Of a DNA stretch of 64,000 nucleotides, positions 20,268 through 29,639 are shown one piece after another (within the stretch, counting starts at the first letter, position 1; every line of letters starts with the position of its first letter). A program made the position numbers and the translations under genes. This stretch comes from Armatimonadota bacterium (GTDB lineage: Bacteria > Cloacimonadota > Cloacimonadia > Cloacimonadales > TCS61), in the NCBI GenBank assembly GCA_013203665.1, contig JABMPU010000077.1, forward strand, positions 22,471 to 86,470. Direction: 5' to 3'. The notes beneath the pieces are model-generated. The model was not told the DNA's origin. It searched no databases and saw nothing but the letters and a program-made list of their open reading frames with translations.

Positions 20268-20326
20268 GGTTACAACTGTTGGACCGGACTTCAAGCTGGA
20301 TTTATTCGGGTTGGAGTTCAGGATGA
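20268..20326. repeat. right copy of ~60-bp direct repeat bracketing the wHTH/NTase cassette
   Basis: ggttacaactgttggaccggacttcaagctggatttattcgggttggagttcaggatga. I counted 9 mismatches to the left copy over the 43-nt core. Confidence 0.7.
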
Positions 20327-20397
20327 AATTAAAATTTAATAGACAAAAAAATCGTATTCATAATTTTAAAATCAATCCTTTTTGAGGAGGTTGGTTT

Positions 20398-21729
20398 ATG
20401 TTGAAGATGACTTATAATCAAATACTGGAATATTTTGAAAATAATCAGCAAAACCGGTTAAAAGAAAAAATTAACCTGTTACATTCTGCTGATTCTGCCC
20501 AGATTATAAATGAACTCCCTTCCGAATACCAGTTCACAGCTTTTTCTCTTTTGAATGACGAAAATGCGTCTGATGTTCTTCCTGACCTTTATGATGAACT
20601 GCGAGAAGATATCCTGGAAAAAATGCAGCAGAACCGTCTGGTGAAGATCATTGATGAAATGGAGACAGATGAAGCAGCAGATATAATCGGAGAACTGGAA
20701 GATGATGTTTCTAAAGAACTTCTGGAAAAGATAGACAAAGAAGATTCCGAGGATATCAAGCAACTTCTGAAATATGATGAAGAATCTGCCGGCGGCTTGA
20801 TGCAGACCGAGATCATCGCTGCTAACCAGGAAATGAAACGCGATGAGATAATTGAATATATCCGTGAAAATTATGAAGAAGTCGAGAATATTCATTACAT
20901 TTTTGTGGTAGATAATGACAATAAATTAATAGGACTCCTGGAAGTGACTCACCTGCTTTTGGCAAAACCACAGAGAAAAGCAAAGGATATCATGGATAAG
21001 AATGTAATTTCAGCCCAAGTAGATCTGGACCAGGAACAGGTGGCACACATCTTTCGTAAATATGATATTTACATTCTCCCCGTGGTGGATAAAGAGCATC
21101 ATTTGCTGGGTCGTATCACAGTGGACGACATCATCGATGTTATCGATGAAGAAGCATCGGAAGACGTGTATAAAATGGTGGGACTGGAAAGCGAAGATAG
21201 AGTTTTTACCAGTCCTTTAAGTTCTGTTAAGAAAAGACTTCCCTGGCTCACTTTGAATTTATTTACAGCGCTCCTGGTTTCCAGTGTGGTCGGAATCTTT
21301 GAACAGACAATTGCCAGGTTATCATTTCTGGCTGTGTTGATGCCAATTGTTGCCGGCTTGGGTGGAAATTCCGGAACTCAAACTTTAACTGTGATAACAC
21401 GAGGAATTGCTCTGGGTGAATTAACTATACATAATACTTTCAGAGCAATTATTAAGGAAATTACTGTGGGAATTGTGAACGGAATTTTGATCGGTTCTGC
21501 TGCTGTGCTGATCGCTTATTTGCTGAAAGGTAATATCATGTTGGGAGTTGTTTTGGGAACAGCAATGATCTGCAATATGTTCATTGCAGGTTTGGTCGGT
21601 TCACTCATTCCGATAATCATGAAAAGTCTGAAAATAGACCCGGCATTAGCATCCAGTGTGATCATTACTATGCTCACGGATATTGGTGGTTTTGCTTCCT
21701 TTTTGGGATTAGCCACAATTTTATTATGA
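20398..21729 (+). CDS. mgtE: magnesium transporter MgtE
   Basis: 443 aa with an acidic MgtE N-domain, tandem CBS region and a C-terminal 5-TM domain with the GLGGNSGTQ motif. Confidence 0.92.
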   Translation: MLKMTYNQILEYFENNQQNRLKEKINLLHSADSAQIINELPSEYQFTAFSLLNDENASDVLPDLYDELREDILEKMQQNRLVKIIDEMETDEAADIIGELEDDVSKELLEKIDKEDSEDIKQLLKYDEESAGGLMQTEIIAANQEMKRDEIIEYIRENYEEVENIHYIFVVDNDNKLIGLLEVTHLLLAKPQRKAKDIMDKNVISAQVDLDQEQVAHIFRKYDIYILPVVDKEHHLLGRITVDDIIDVIDEEASEDVYKMVGLESEDRVFTSPLSSVKKRLPWLTLNLFTALLVSSVVGIFEQTIARLSFLAVLMPIVAGLGGNSGTQTLTVITRGIALGELTIHNTFRAIIKEITVGIVNGILIGSAAVLIAYLLKGNIMLGVVLGTAMICNMFIAGLVGSLIPIIMKSLKIDPALASSVIITMLTDIGGFASFLGLATILL

Positions 21730-21908
21730 GTTCCACCAAAACGAATTAAAACTATTTTTTTATAAATGAAGCTCTTAAAAGCTCGCTATTTATACCTTAT
21801 TTGGAAGCAATAAAAAGTATGATATAATTTAACATTGACAATAAAGCTTATACTTAATGTTTTTGATAGGATTTTTTTAGTATAAAATCCATATTAAAGG
21901 AGAAATTT

Positions 21909-24902
21909 ATGAAGTTAAACCATTTCAAAACTTCTTTTTTTCTGGTTTTGATGGTTTTCAGCTTCCTGTTTTTGCCAATCTCCTCCCACGCAGCTTTAGA
22001 CGACTCAGAGTACATCGTTCAAAATCTGCAAGTGAATGACATCCCGAATGATGACGGGTCGGGATTGGTACTTAGTTGGAAACCATTATCAAAAGAAAAG
22101 AGAATCATCGAATACCGCATTTATCGCGGTGTTACGCCGGATTCTCTTTTTTATATCGGAAGAATCGATGTAAATGTGAAAACCGGAGTTGCGGGTGATT
22201 TGATGTATTTTTATGACACCGCCTACAATTACTTTCTAGATATCCAGGCTCCGGGAAAACTTAAAAAAGAGAAAAAACAGGCAGAAGACAGTCCTCTTTA
22301 CAGAAGGTATCCTCGCGATCTGGCAGTTACCGGACCTCAATTTAAGAACTACAGTGTATTAACTGTTATTCCTGAAAAAGATTACTATTACAAAAACAGG
22401 AAAATCGAAGTTGTGACGGAGAAAGATACTACTGTTTATGCTGCCCTGAAACTGCGTAATTTCAGACAGCTTGCCAAGAAGCTGCTTGATGACAAAGAAT
22501 ATTATTACACTGTATTCGCAGTTAATGAGGCACGCAAGTATTTTCCTCACGCAGAACCTGTAATGGGAATCCCAAGAGAGAATGCTCCTGAGGAAACCAA
22601 AGAATTCTATCCGGTTTTTGTAAAAGACACAAATCGGCTTCAATTTGAATGGTCATTACCAATTTTCACTGATGATATTTACTACCATTGTTTATATATT
22701 TTGGATAAAGATGAGCTGGATAAATTTCAGGAATACAAGAAAGAGCAAAAGTTGATCGAAGAAAATAATCTGGCAATAAAGCTGGATTCGACAGTTGTAA
22801 AATATGAACCTAAGTTTGAAAATCCCGCTGAACTCATTTTTATGAGGTATGCCGGTTATCCATACACTGGTTCAAAAACTGTTCATCTGGATATTGTTGA
22901 TGGAAAAATCAAAAGTGAAAAAATTTACAAAAATGAAGTTTTGGGACAAGAATTCGATGTTGATCTTGAGATTGATATTAATAATATCCAAGATTACTAT
23001 TTTGTGTTTTCACTTTTTGATACTTCCAATTATGAGACATTCTCCGAAGTCAAAGCTGCGGAAATAGTGTATCCTGATATGCTTCCCGAAATCCCACCAT
23101 TTACAGTTGTGGATGGCAAGAATGATAAAGGTGATTACAATTATGTTTCCTGGGGAAAACCTGTCGTTTACCTTACCAATTCATCATACTTAAATGAAGA
23201 AAAAACCAAACTGCTGGTCAATTATGATACTATGACAAATGAGCATTATAAGATCAGGAATATCTATTTCACTGTTTACGATGATGCGGGAAATGAGATA
23301 AAAAAAATAAATGAATTCTATCAAGATAATAAATTGAAAATCAGAATTCCTCCCAATACTGAATCTTTAAACTTCGAAATAACATTGAAATGCAATAATC
23401 CAATTGGTGACAATTATGTGTTTTATCAAGATATTTCCTGGAATGACCAAACAAAATCTCTTACACCTGGAATTTTGTATTTTAGCGAAAGCAAAGAAGA
23501 TATTTACAAATACTCTTACTACGTTTATAAACGTAATTATACTGATGAAGAATTTCGTTTATCCAAGAAAATCACAGGTTCGCAAAGAGAGCTTTACGAC
23601 AATATACGATATAAAAATGTTCATTTCAAAATAACCACAAAATTTGATGCTGATAAAGGTCTGATCTATGTTTCTCCGGCTTTCTCAGTTAGGATGGATG
23701 GAGAACAAGAAAACACAATTCGCTCGAACCTGTATCCCTCCGAAGTTGAGAAAACTCTGAGAGGATACAAAGAACAAATCGCCGATTATACCGCATCCAA
23801 AGATACTTTGGAAACCGAAGAAGAAATCAAAGAAGCTGATGATGCAATCGAACACTATCAAAACCTGTTTGACCTTCTTGCTAATTATCCTATCTCCAAA
23901 GAAGCAGCTTCTTTTTCCAATCCTAAAGCTCGCATCAAGTACCTCGATAAATCTCGTCATATTGCCAAAAACTCATTTGAATATAAAATTGTAAAAAGCG
24001 ATGACAAAGGTCATTTCACTGAAACTCCTATTTATATCAATGAAGATGCAAAACCGGTTGATGTGGAAAAAAACATTGCTCTGATTTCTTATGAAGGTTT
24101 TGGTAAAGATCACTTCTTCCCCATTCCCAACTGGTTCAAAACTACTATGTTTCCAGCTTTTCTGGCTACAATTATTTTCGGAGGATTTGTTTTCTTTATG
24201 ATTGGAAAAGCAAAAAAGGGACACGATCTTTTTGTGCGACCAATTGCAGGAATCGAGGAAATTGATAATGCAATCGGAAGAGCAACAGAAATGGGAAAAC
24301 CTATCCTGTTTGTTCCCGGAACATCCGGAATCACCGATGTGGCAACTCTTGCCGGTCTTTCAATTTTGGGACGAGTTGCCAAAAAAGCTGCTGAATATGA
24401 CACAAAAATTCTTGTCCCCTGCCGTGATTACCTGGTTCTACCTGTTGCTCAGGAAATCGTTAAAGAAGCACATTACGAAGCAGGACGACCGGATACTTAC
24501 GATAAAACGAGCGTATTCTTTATTACAACTGCTCAATTCCCGTTTGTTGCCGGTGTTAATGGTATTATGGTTCGCGAAAAAACAGCGACCAACTTCTTTA
24601 TGGGAATGTTCTGGGCAGAAGCTCTTCTGATGACTGAAACCGGAAACACAACCGGGGCAATTCAAATTGCCGGAACAGATGCTCCAACTCAGCTTCCTTT
24701 CTTTATCACCACTTGCGATTATACTTTGATTGGTGAAGAACTTTATGCTGCCTCTGCTTATCTTGCCAGAGAGCCAATGCAGTTGGGTACTCTAAAAGGT
24801 GTGGATTATTCAAAATTATTAATTCTAATACTTATCATTTCAGGAACTATACTTTCGAGTGTGCATTTAACCTTCCTGATGAATGCATTCCCAGAGAAGT
24901 AG
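21909..24902 (+). CDS. large signal-peptide protein with C-terminal TM - soluble domain - TM anchor, function unknown
   Basis: 997 aa. Signal peptide MKLNHFKTSFFLVLMVFSFLFLPISSHA. Fn3-like YRIYRG module. TM MFPAFLATIIFGGFVFFMIG at ~aa 740 and a terminal TM LLILILIISGTILSSV. Confidence 0.6.
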   Translation: MKLNHFKTSFFLVLMVFSFLFLPISSHAALDDSEYIVQNLQVNDIPNDDGSGLVLSWKPLSKEKRIIEYRIYRGVTPDSLFYIGRIDVNVKTGVAGDLMYFYDTAYNYFLDIQAPGKLKKEKKQAEDSPLYRRYPRDLAVTGPQFKNYSVLTVIPEKDYYYKNRKIEVVTEKDTTVYAALKLRNFRQLAKKLLDDKEYYYTVFAVNEARKYFPHAEPVMGIPRENAPEETKEFYPVFVKDTNRLQFEWSLPIFTDDIYYHCLYILDKDELDKFQEYKKEQKLIEENNLAIKLDSTVVKYEPKFENPAELIFMRYAGYPYTGSKTVHLDIVDGKIKSEKIYKNEVLGQEFDVDLEIDINNIQDYYFVFSLFDTSNYETFSEVKAAEIVYPDMLPEIPPFTVVDGKNDKGDYNYVSWGKPVVYLTNSSYLNEEKTKLLVNYDTMTNEHYKIRNIYFTVYDDAGNEIKKINEFYQDNKLKIRIPPNTESLNFEITLKCNNPIGDNYVFYQDISWNDQTKSLTPGILYFSESKEDIYKYSYYVYKRNYTDEEFRLSKKITGSQRELYDNIRYKNVHFKITTKFDADKGLIYVSPAFSVRMDGEQENTIRSNLYPSEVEKTLRGYKEQIADYTASKDTLETEEEIKEADDAIEHYQNLFDLLANYPISKEAASFSNPKARIKYLDKSRHIAKNSFEYKIVKSDDKGHFTETPIYINEDAKPVDVEKNIALISYEGFGKDHFFPIPNWFKTTMFPAFLATIIFGGFVFFMIGKAKKGHDLFVRPIAGIEEIDNAIGRATEMGKPILFVPGTSGITDVATLAGLSILGRVAKKAAEYDTKILVPCRDYLVLPVAQEIVKEAHYEAGRPDTYDKTSVFFITTAQFPFVAGVNGIMVREKTATNFFMGMFWAEALLMTETGNTTGAIQIAGTDAPTQLPFFITTCDYTLIGEELYAASAYLAREPMQLGTLKGVDYSKLLILILIISGTILSSVHLTFLMNAFPEK

Positions 24903-24910
24903 GAGGATAG

Positions 24911-25531
24911 ATGAAAAGACAAATTCCATTATTAATAGTAATAGGTCTCGGACTTTTGTTTGTTGTTCATACATTTGTTCCACATAAAATTTCAGAAGAT
25001 TTTTACGAATGGTGGCAAACCTGGTCCAAAGCAATATCACCCTTCATGGTTTTGTTGGGAATTATGAGTCTCTTTATGGTACATTCAACAAAAATTAAAC
25101 GTAAAACTGCCAACTGGCAATACAGCTTTGTAACTTTAGGCGGATTGTTGATAACTGCTTTTGTAGGATTTATGTGGGGCACAAGAGAAGGAACTCCCTA
25201 TATGTGGCTTTTCAAAAACATACAAATGCCAATGAGTGCAACCATGTTTTCTTTGCTGGCATTTTATATTGCTTCTGCTGCTTATAAAGCTTTCCGCGCT
25301 CGCTCTGTTGAAGCCACTGTGCTATTACTTGCAGCAGTAATTGTTATGTTAGGTCAGGTTCCCTTAGGAGCCCAGATTTCACATTGGATTCCAGATACTT
25401 CCAAATGGATTCTTAACGTTCCTAACCTTGCTTCAAAAAGAGCAATTACTCTTGGTGTAGGTTTGGGAATCACAGCTACATCGCTCAAAATTCTTTTGGG
25501 AATTGAACGAAAATATCTGGGAGGTGATTAA
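24911..25531 (+). CDS. polytopic membrane protein, function unknown
   Basis: 206 aa with several hydrophobic segments; 8-nt intergenic gap (24903-24910) after the upstream gene. Confidence 0.55.
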   Translation: MKRQIPLLIVIGLGLLFVVHTFVPHKISEDFYEWWQTWSKAISPFMVLLGIMSLFMVHSTKIKRKTANWQYSFVTLGGLLITAFVGFMWGTREGTPYMWLFKNIQMPMSATMFSLLAFYIASAAYKAFRARSVEATVLLLAAVIVMLGQVPLGAQISHWIPDTSKWILNVPNLASKRAITLGVGLGITATSLKILLGIERKYLGGD

Positions 25532-25532
25532 G

Positions 25533-26483
25533 ATGAGTAATAATAAAAACATCTTCTGGGATAGAATGCAAAATTTAGACCGACGATATATCTACATCGT
25601 AGTTGCATTAGCTATCATCATCCCCCTGCTTATTCCGTTTAATTCTAAAACATATATAACTGAACCTGTAGAAAATCTTTATAAGAAGGTGGATTCATTC
25701 ACCGAAAGAGAAGATAGAGCTATTTTAATGTGCTTCATGCACGATGCTTCCACAATGCCGGAACTTTTCCCAATGGAAGTGTCTATTTTAAGACACTGCT
25801 TTGAAAGAAATATCAAGGTGTTCACTATTTGTTTCCTGCCCACTGCTGCTCCTCTTATAGATTACGCCATCAACACAGCAAAAGAAGTGGGCGGTTTTGA
25901 TGTGCAATCAGGTGTCGATTATTGTAATTTCGGATATAAACCTTATGCTCTATTCCTGCCGATTCTTTTGGGAATGGGAGAAGACATTGCAGAAGCAGTA
26001 GAAACCGATTCGGAAGGAAGAAAAGTTGAAAACCTGGAAATCATGAAAAATTTGAAAAATTACAATGAATTGAACCTGGTCATAGATTTCTCAGCTTCTG
26101 CCAGCGTTCAAACCTGGATTACTTATGCCAGGGTAAAATTCGGAGCAAATATCGGGGCAGGAATAACTGCTGTGATGGCTGCTGAAAATTATCCTTTCCT
26201 ACAAACCGGTCAGCTCGTTGGCATGTTGGGCGGATTGAAAGGTGCTGCAGAATATGAAAAACTTGTTGATGTCTTTGCTTCAAACAATGTTGTTTTCAGT
26301 AAAGAAATCGTCAAAGAAACCTGGATTCCAATAACTGACAAAAATATACCATATCAATTTAAAACTGCCAGAATCGGCATGAATGCTCAATCTGTTGCTC
26401 ATATCATGATAATTGTATTTATTATCCTTGGTAATATCGGTTATTTTGTGAGCCGGAAAAGCAAAAATAAAGAGTTAGGATAG
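25533..26483 (+). CDS. membrane-anchored protein with a soluble domain resembling the C-terminal domain of the 997-aa protein
   Basis: Start set at ATG 25533 (MSNNKNIF) after GGGAGGTGA. N- and C-terminal TM helices. Function unknown. Confidence 0.55.
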   Translation: MSNNKNIFWDRMQNLDRRYIYIVVALAIIIPLLIPFNSKTYITEPVENLYKKVDSFTEREDRAILMCFMHDASTMPELFPMEVSILRHCFERNIKVFTICFLPTAAPLIDYAINTAKEVGGFDVQSGVDYCNFGYKPYALFLPILLGMGEDIAEAVETDSEGRKVENLEIMKNLKNYNELNLVIDFSASASVQTWITYARVKFGANIGAGITAVMAAENYPFLQTGQLVGMLGGLKGAAEYEKLVDVFASNNVVFSKEIVKETWIPITDKNIPYQFKTARIGMNAQSVAHIMIIVFIILGNIGYFVSRKSKNKELG

Positions 26484-26491
26484 GAGGAACC

Positions 26492-27091
26492 ATGTTTGGA
26501 ACAATAAGTAATATAGTAGCAGCTTTCTTAACCCTTTGTATCTTTTCATTTTTATACAAAGATAATCCGTTCTATAAATTTGCCGAATCTTTACTCGTTG
26601 GTGTTTCCATGGGATATGCCATACCACTCGTTTACGAAAATGCATTTATTCCTTATGTTTACAGACCTATATTCCTGCAAAACAAATTCTTAATAATAAT
26701 TCCAACTCTGATGGGTGTTTTGTATATTTTCAGATTCAGTAAGAATCTCAGTTGGCTTTCCAGGTATCCCATTGTTTTTGGAATGGCAATAGTGGGAATG
26801 TTCGTGCCAATGTCTCTGAACGCACGAGTTCTGGTTCAGATGAGAAGCACCATGCTGCCTTTGGATAACATTAATACAATTTTGATCTTCATTGGAGTTG
26901 TCACGATTCTTATGTATTTCTTTTTCTCCAAGGAACACAAAGGAACTTACGGTAAAATCTCCAATGTTGGCATCTGGTATATGATGGTGGGCTTTGGTGC
27001 GTCTTTCGGATACACGGTTATGGCGCGTATTTCACTTCTTATCGGAAGAATCCAATTCCTCCTCGGAGAATGTTTAGGATTGATTAAGTAA
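26492..27091 (+). CDS. polytopic membrane protein, function unknown
   Basis: 199 aa, ~6 hydrophobic segments, AGGAGG Shine-Dalgarno; last gene of the four-gene operon. Confidence 0.55.
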   Translation: MFGTISNIVAAFLTLCIFSFLYKDNPFYKFAESLLVGVSMGYAIPLVYENAFIPYVYRPIFLQNKFLIIIPTLMGVLYIFRFSKNLSWLSRYPIVFGMAIVGMFVPMSLNARVLVQMRSTMLPLDNINTILIFIGVVTILMYFFFSKEHKGTYGKISNVGIWYMMVGFGASFGYTVMARISLLIGRIQFLLGECLGLIK

Positions 27092-27107
27092 GAAAGATAA
27101 AAAAATA

Positions 27108-27147
27108 AAACCTGTTATCTGACGAAAACCGGATGACAGGTTTTTTT
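27108..27147. terminator. bidirectional rho-independent terminator
   Basis: aaacctgttatc...gatgacaggttt stem with one mismatch. It is flanked by an A-run on the left and a T7 run on the right, and sits between convergent genes. Confidence 0.65.
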
Positions 27148-28420
27148 ATATTTTATTTAGAATTTCTGCTAATTTCTTTGTTAGATTTATTCTACTGTAG
27201 TTTTCTACTTTTTTATTAATTATTCTCTTTTTTCTATTTTTCCAATCATTAAATTTTTCTTCGATGAATTCCGTTATCTCTTCTATTTTATCATAAAAGA
27301 ACATTTTTCCGCTTTCAGTTTCTTTCAGGATTTGTGCTGCTTCTCCATCTTCAGGTCCGATTCCTAAAATAGGAACTCCAGAACCGATATATTCAAATAT
27401 TTTTCCTGTTAGAATACCTTTGTTGTTTTTCACTTTGTTGATTATGAGCAGCAGGATTGAAGAATTAACCAGTAAATTCAACATTTCATTATGAGGAAAA
27501 TATGAATGGAAAGTTATCAAATTATTTTCATCATATTCTTTTAATTCTATTTTCACAACATCACTCACATTTCCATAAAAATTGAGATGGATGTTGTTTA
27601 TCTTTTTCTCGTACAAAAGATTCACAGCTTTTAAGATTGGAATAGGACTCGATTCCGAAGGGATCGTTCCAAAATAATTTAAAGTAAAGTTTTTGTTATG
27701 TTTAAGTATTTTAATATGTTTAAAATCTTCGTAATCATATCCATTTGTGATGAGATGGATTTTGTTGATATTATTAAAATCATCCATAATTTTCTTTGAT
27801 ACAGCAATAGCAGAATCACAATTATCAATTACTTTTCTTTCCAGAATGCTATCAAAAAAAGTTGATATTTTCCACCTTTTCACATTTTTCAGATAACCCA
27901 TTTTCGTCCAGGGATCACGGAAATCAGTCAGCCATTTGATTTTGAATTTCTTCTTTAATTTCAATCCGACCAAATGGGTCGAGTGAGGAGGTCCGGTGGT
28001 AATCAGAACATCATATTTAGTGGATTGCAGTTCTTTTGTAGCAGCTTGAAAAGCTTGCTTATTCCAGATTTTCCGTGCATCAGGAATTATAAAATTTAAT
28101 CTCATCCAAATAGAAATTCTCCTCAAAAAAGAATCATCTTTATCTGTATTCAGGCTTCCGTAAGGAACTTTTTCCCCAATTACTTTTTGGAATAGTTTAC
28201 CGAAAGTTGGCGTTTTTGTTCTAATAACTTTTATTATCGAGGGAACATCCTTCAATAAAGATTCATCAATTGCAGGATAATCACCATCTTCGGTTGTAAT
28301 CACGGTTGGCATCCAACCAAATCCTGGAAGACACTTAACAAACTTAAGCCAACGCTGTACGCCGGAGCCACCGCTTGGAGGCCAATAATAGGTGATTATC
28401 AATGCTCTTTTCACAATCAA
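27146..28420 (-). CDS. GT-B fold glycosyltransferase (group-1-like)
   Basis: 424 aa. N-terminal ALIITYYWPPSGGSGVQR resembles GT4-type N-domains. C-terminal E-x7-E-like region GKIFEYIGSGVPILG. Confidence 0.6.
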   Translation of the reverse strand: MIVKRALIITYYWPPSGGSGVQRWLKFVKCLPGFGWMPTVITTEDGDYPAIDESLLKDVPSIIKVIRTKTPTFGKLFQKVIGEKVPYGSLNTDKDDSFLRRISIWMRLNFIIPDARKIWNKQAFQAATKELQSTKYDVLITTGPPHSTHLVGLKLKKKFKIKWLTDFRDPWTKMGYLKNVKRWKISTFFDSILERKVIDNCDSAIAVSKKIMDDFNNINKIHLITNGYDYEDFKHIKILKHNKNFTLNYFGTIPSESSPIPILKAVNLLYEKKINNIHLNFYGNVSDVVKIELKEYDENNLITFHSYFPHNEMLNLLVNSSILLLIINKVKNNKGILTGKIFEYIGSGVPILGIGPEDGEAAQILKETESGKMFFYDKIEEITEFIEEKFNDWKNRKKRIINKKVENYSRINLTKKLAEILNKI

Positions 28421-28490
28421 AAACCTTTTATAAATAATTTTGACAATATTCTAACCTGTTTCCTTTTTGTCCAAGTTTTTAGGAGAAAAA

Positions 28491-28736
28491 ATGCGCCCGA
28501 TAGAAAAAAAAGTCTTTCAGAAGATAACTGACAAAGGCATCAATTTTGATGATGTGCTGGAAATCTTAGATAGAACCAGCACTCAGGAAATGAAAAAAAG
28601 TTTCCCGGATGATTGCCATTTTCAATCTGATAAATATTTTGCAAAATTTATTCTGGATTCGCTTTTAAGATATAAACTTATCAAAAAAGATGGAGCAAAA
28701 TTTTTCAAGATCGAGAGAAAGAAGAAAGAAGAATAA
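28491..28736 (+). CDS. hypothetical protein
   Basis: ATG 28491 after AGGAG (ORF track uses TTG 28467); 81 aa; no motif recognised. Confidence 0.4.
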   Translation: MRPIEKKVFQKITDKGINFDDVLEILDRTSTQEMKKSFPDDCHFQSDKYFAKFILDSLLRYKLIKKDGAKFFKIERKKKEE

Positions 28737-28841
28737 AGTAAACCTTGCAAACGGTTGAGGAACGAGACCTTCGCAACGGTTAACATTTGTTTCCCATCCA
28801 TTCTGAAGGTTTCACAAGCTCAACCATTCAGAAGGTCAGTG

Positions 28842-29639
28842 CTACTTCCACTGCCTTTTAATTTCGAAAGCCACCACAGCAAAACAAACTCCCACATTCA
28901 GAGAATTTTTCCATCCTGAAATCGGGATGTTAATAATTTCGTCAGCCCAATCCAGAATTTTTTCTGAAATCCCAAGCGCTTCATTTCCTAAAATCAAGGC
29001 ACATTTTGAGGGGAATTCAACTTCATAAATTGATTTTGAATTTGTTGTTGTTTCTACAGCAAAAATCTTAATATTTTTATCTCTCAAATATGAAATTGCA
29101 TCTTCTGTTTTCTCAAAATATTTCCATTCCACATATTTTTCAGTTCCCATAGCTGTTTTTTTCACTTTATTATTTTTCGGTGTTGCAGAATACCCACAGA
29201 GAAAAATTTCCGAAATTCCTAAACATTCAGCAGTTCGGAAAATGGAACCAATATTAAAAGATGAACGAAGATTATCTAAAATGAGATAAAGCGGAATTTT
29301 ATTTCTGGAAATATTTGTACCGTCATTTTTCAGAACCAAAAAATCATTATCTTTTACATTCTTATAGTTTTGCTCGAATGGAATTGAATAATTCAAAAAC
29401 TCTCTCAAAGACATTTTTTTGATATTAAAATCTTTTTTCACAATTTCAGAAAAACTATGAAGTGTAGGGATTTTCAGTTCTTTCTCTGCGAGATTTATGC
29501 AATCCAGAAAATTATTGAGCAATTCAAACCTGAGAGTTTCATCATGCCAATTTCTCTCGATTTCCCTGATGAATTCCAGAATAACTTTAATTTGCTTTTC
29601 TAATGAAAAACTTTTAAACTTCTTTTTTGAATATCTCAT
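28842..29639 (-). CDS. SpoU/TrmH-family RNA 2'-O-methyltransferase with N-terminal extension
   Basis: SPOUT motifs NIGSIFRTAECLG, LILGNEALGIS and IPISGWKNSLNVGVCFAV. Start set at ATG 29639 (MRYSKKK) with a GAGGG Shine-Dalgarno. Confidence 0.8.
   Translation of the reverse strand: MRYSKKKFKSFSLEKQIKVILEFIREIERNWHDETLRFELLNNFLDCINLAEKELKIPTLHSFSEIVKKDFNIKKMSLREFLNYSIPFEQNYKNVKDNDFLVLKNDGTNISRNKIPLYLILDNLRSSFNIGSIFRTAECLGISEIFLCGYSATPKNNKVKKTAMGTEKYVEWKYFEKTEDAISYLRDKNIKIFAVETTTNSKSIYEVEFPSKCALILGNEALGISEKILDWADEIINIPISGWKNSLNVGVCFAVVAFEIKRQWK

Noticed and set aside
19031-20310. ggaCTTCAAg inside both ~60-bp direct repeats resembled a tRNA-Sec anticodon loop (CUUCAAA with anticodon UCA), which was tempting given the SelD gene.
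   Set aside because: The flanking bases do not form an anticodon stem. There is no acceptor stem, D-arm or GGTTCGA-type T-arm on either strand, so this is not a tRNA or tRNA fragment I can support.
20160-20397. Possible Mg2+ (M-box) riboswitch upstream of mgtE.
   Set aside because: None of the conserved M-box sequence blocks or multi-helix architecture are visible. The region is instead occupied by the right direct repeat of the cassette.
21516-24665. Antisense and out-of-frame ORFs inside mgtE and the 997-aa gene (e.g. 22359..22643-, 24110..24403-, 24202..24630+).
   Set aside because: They are nested in longer ORFs with coherent domain and TM architecture, and have no independent support.
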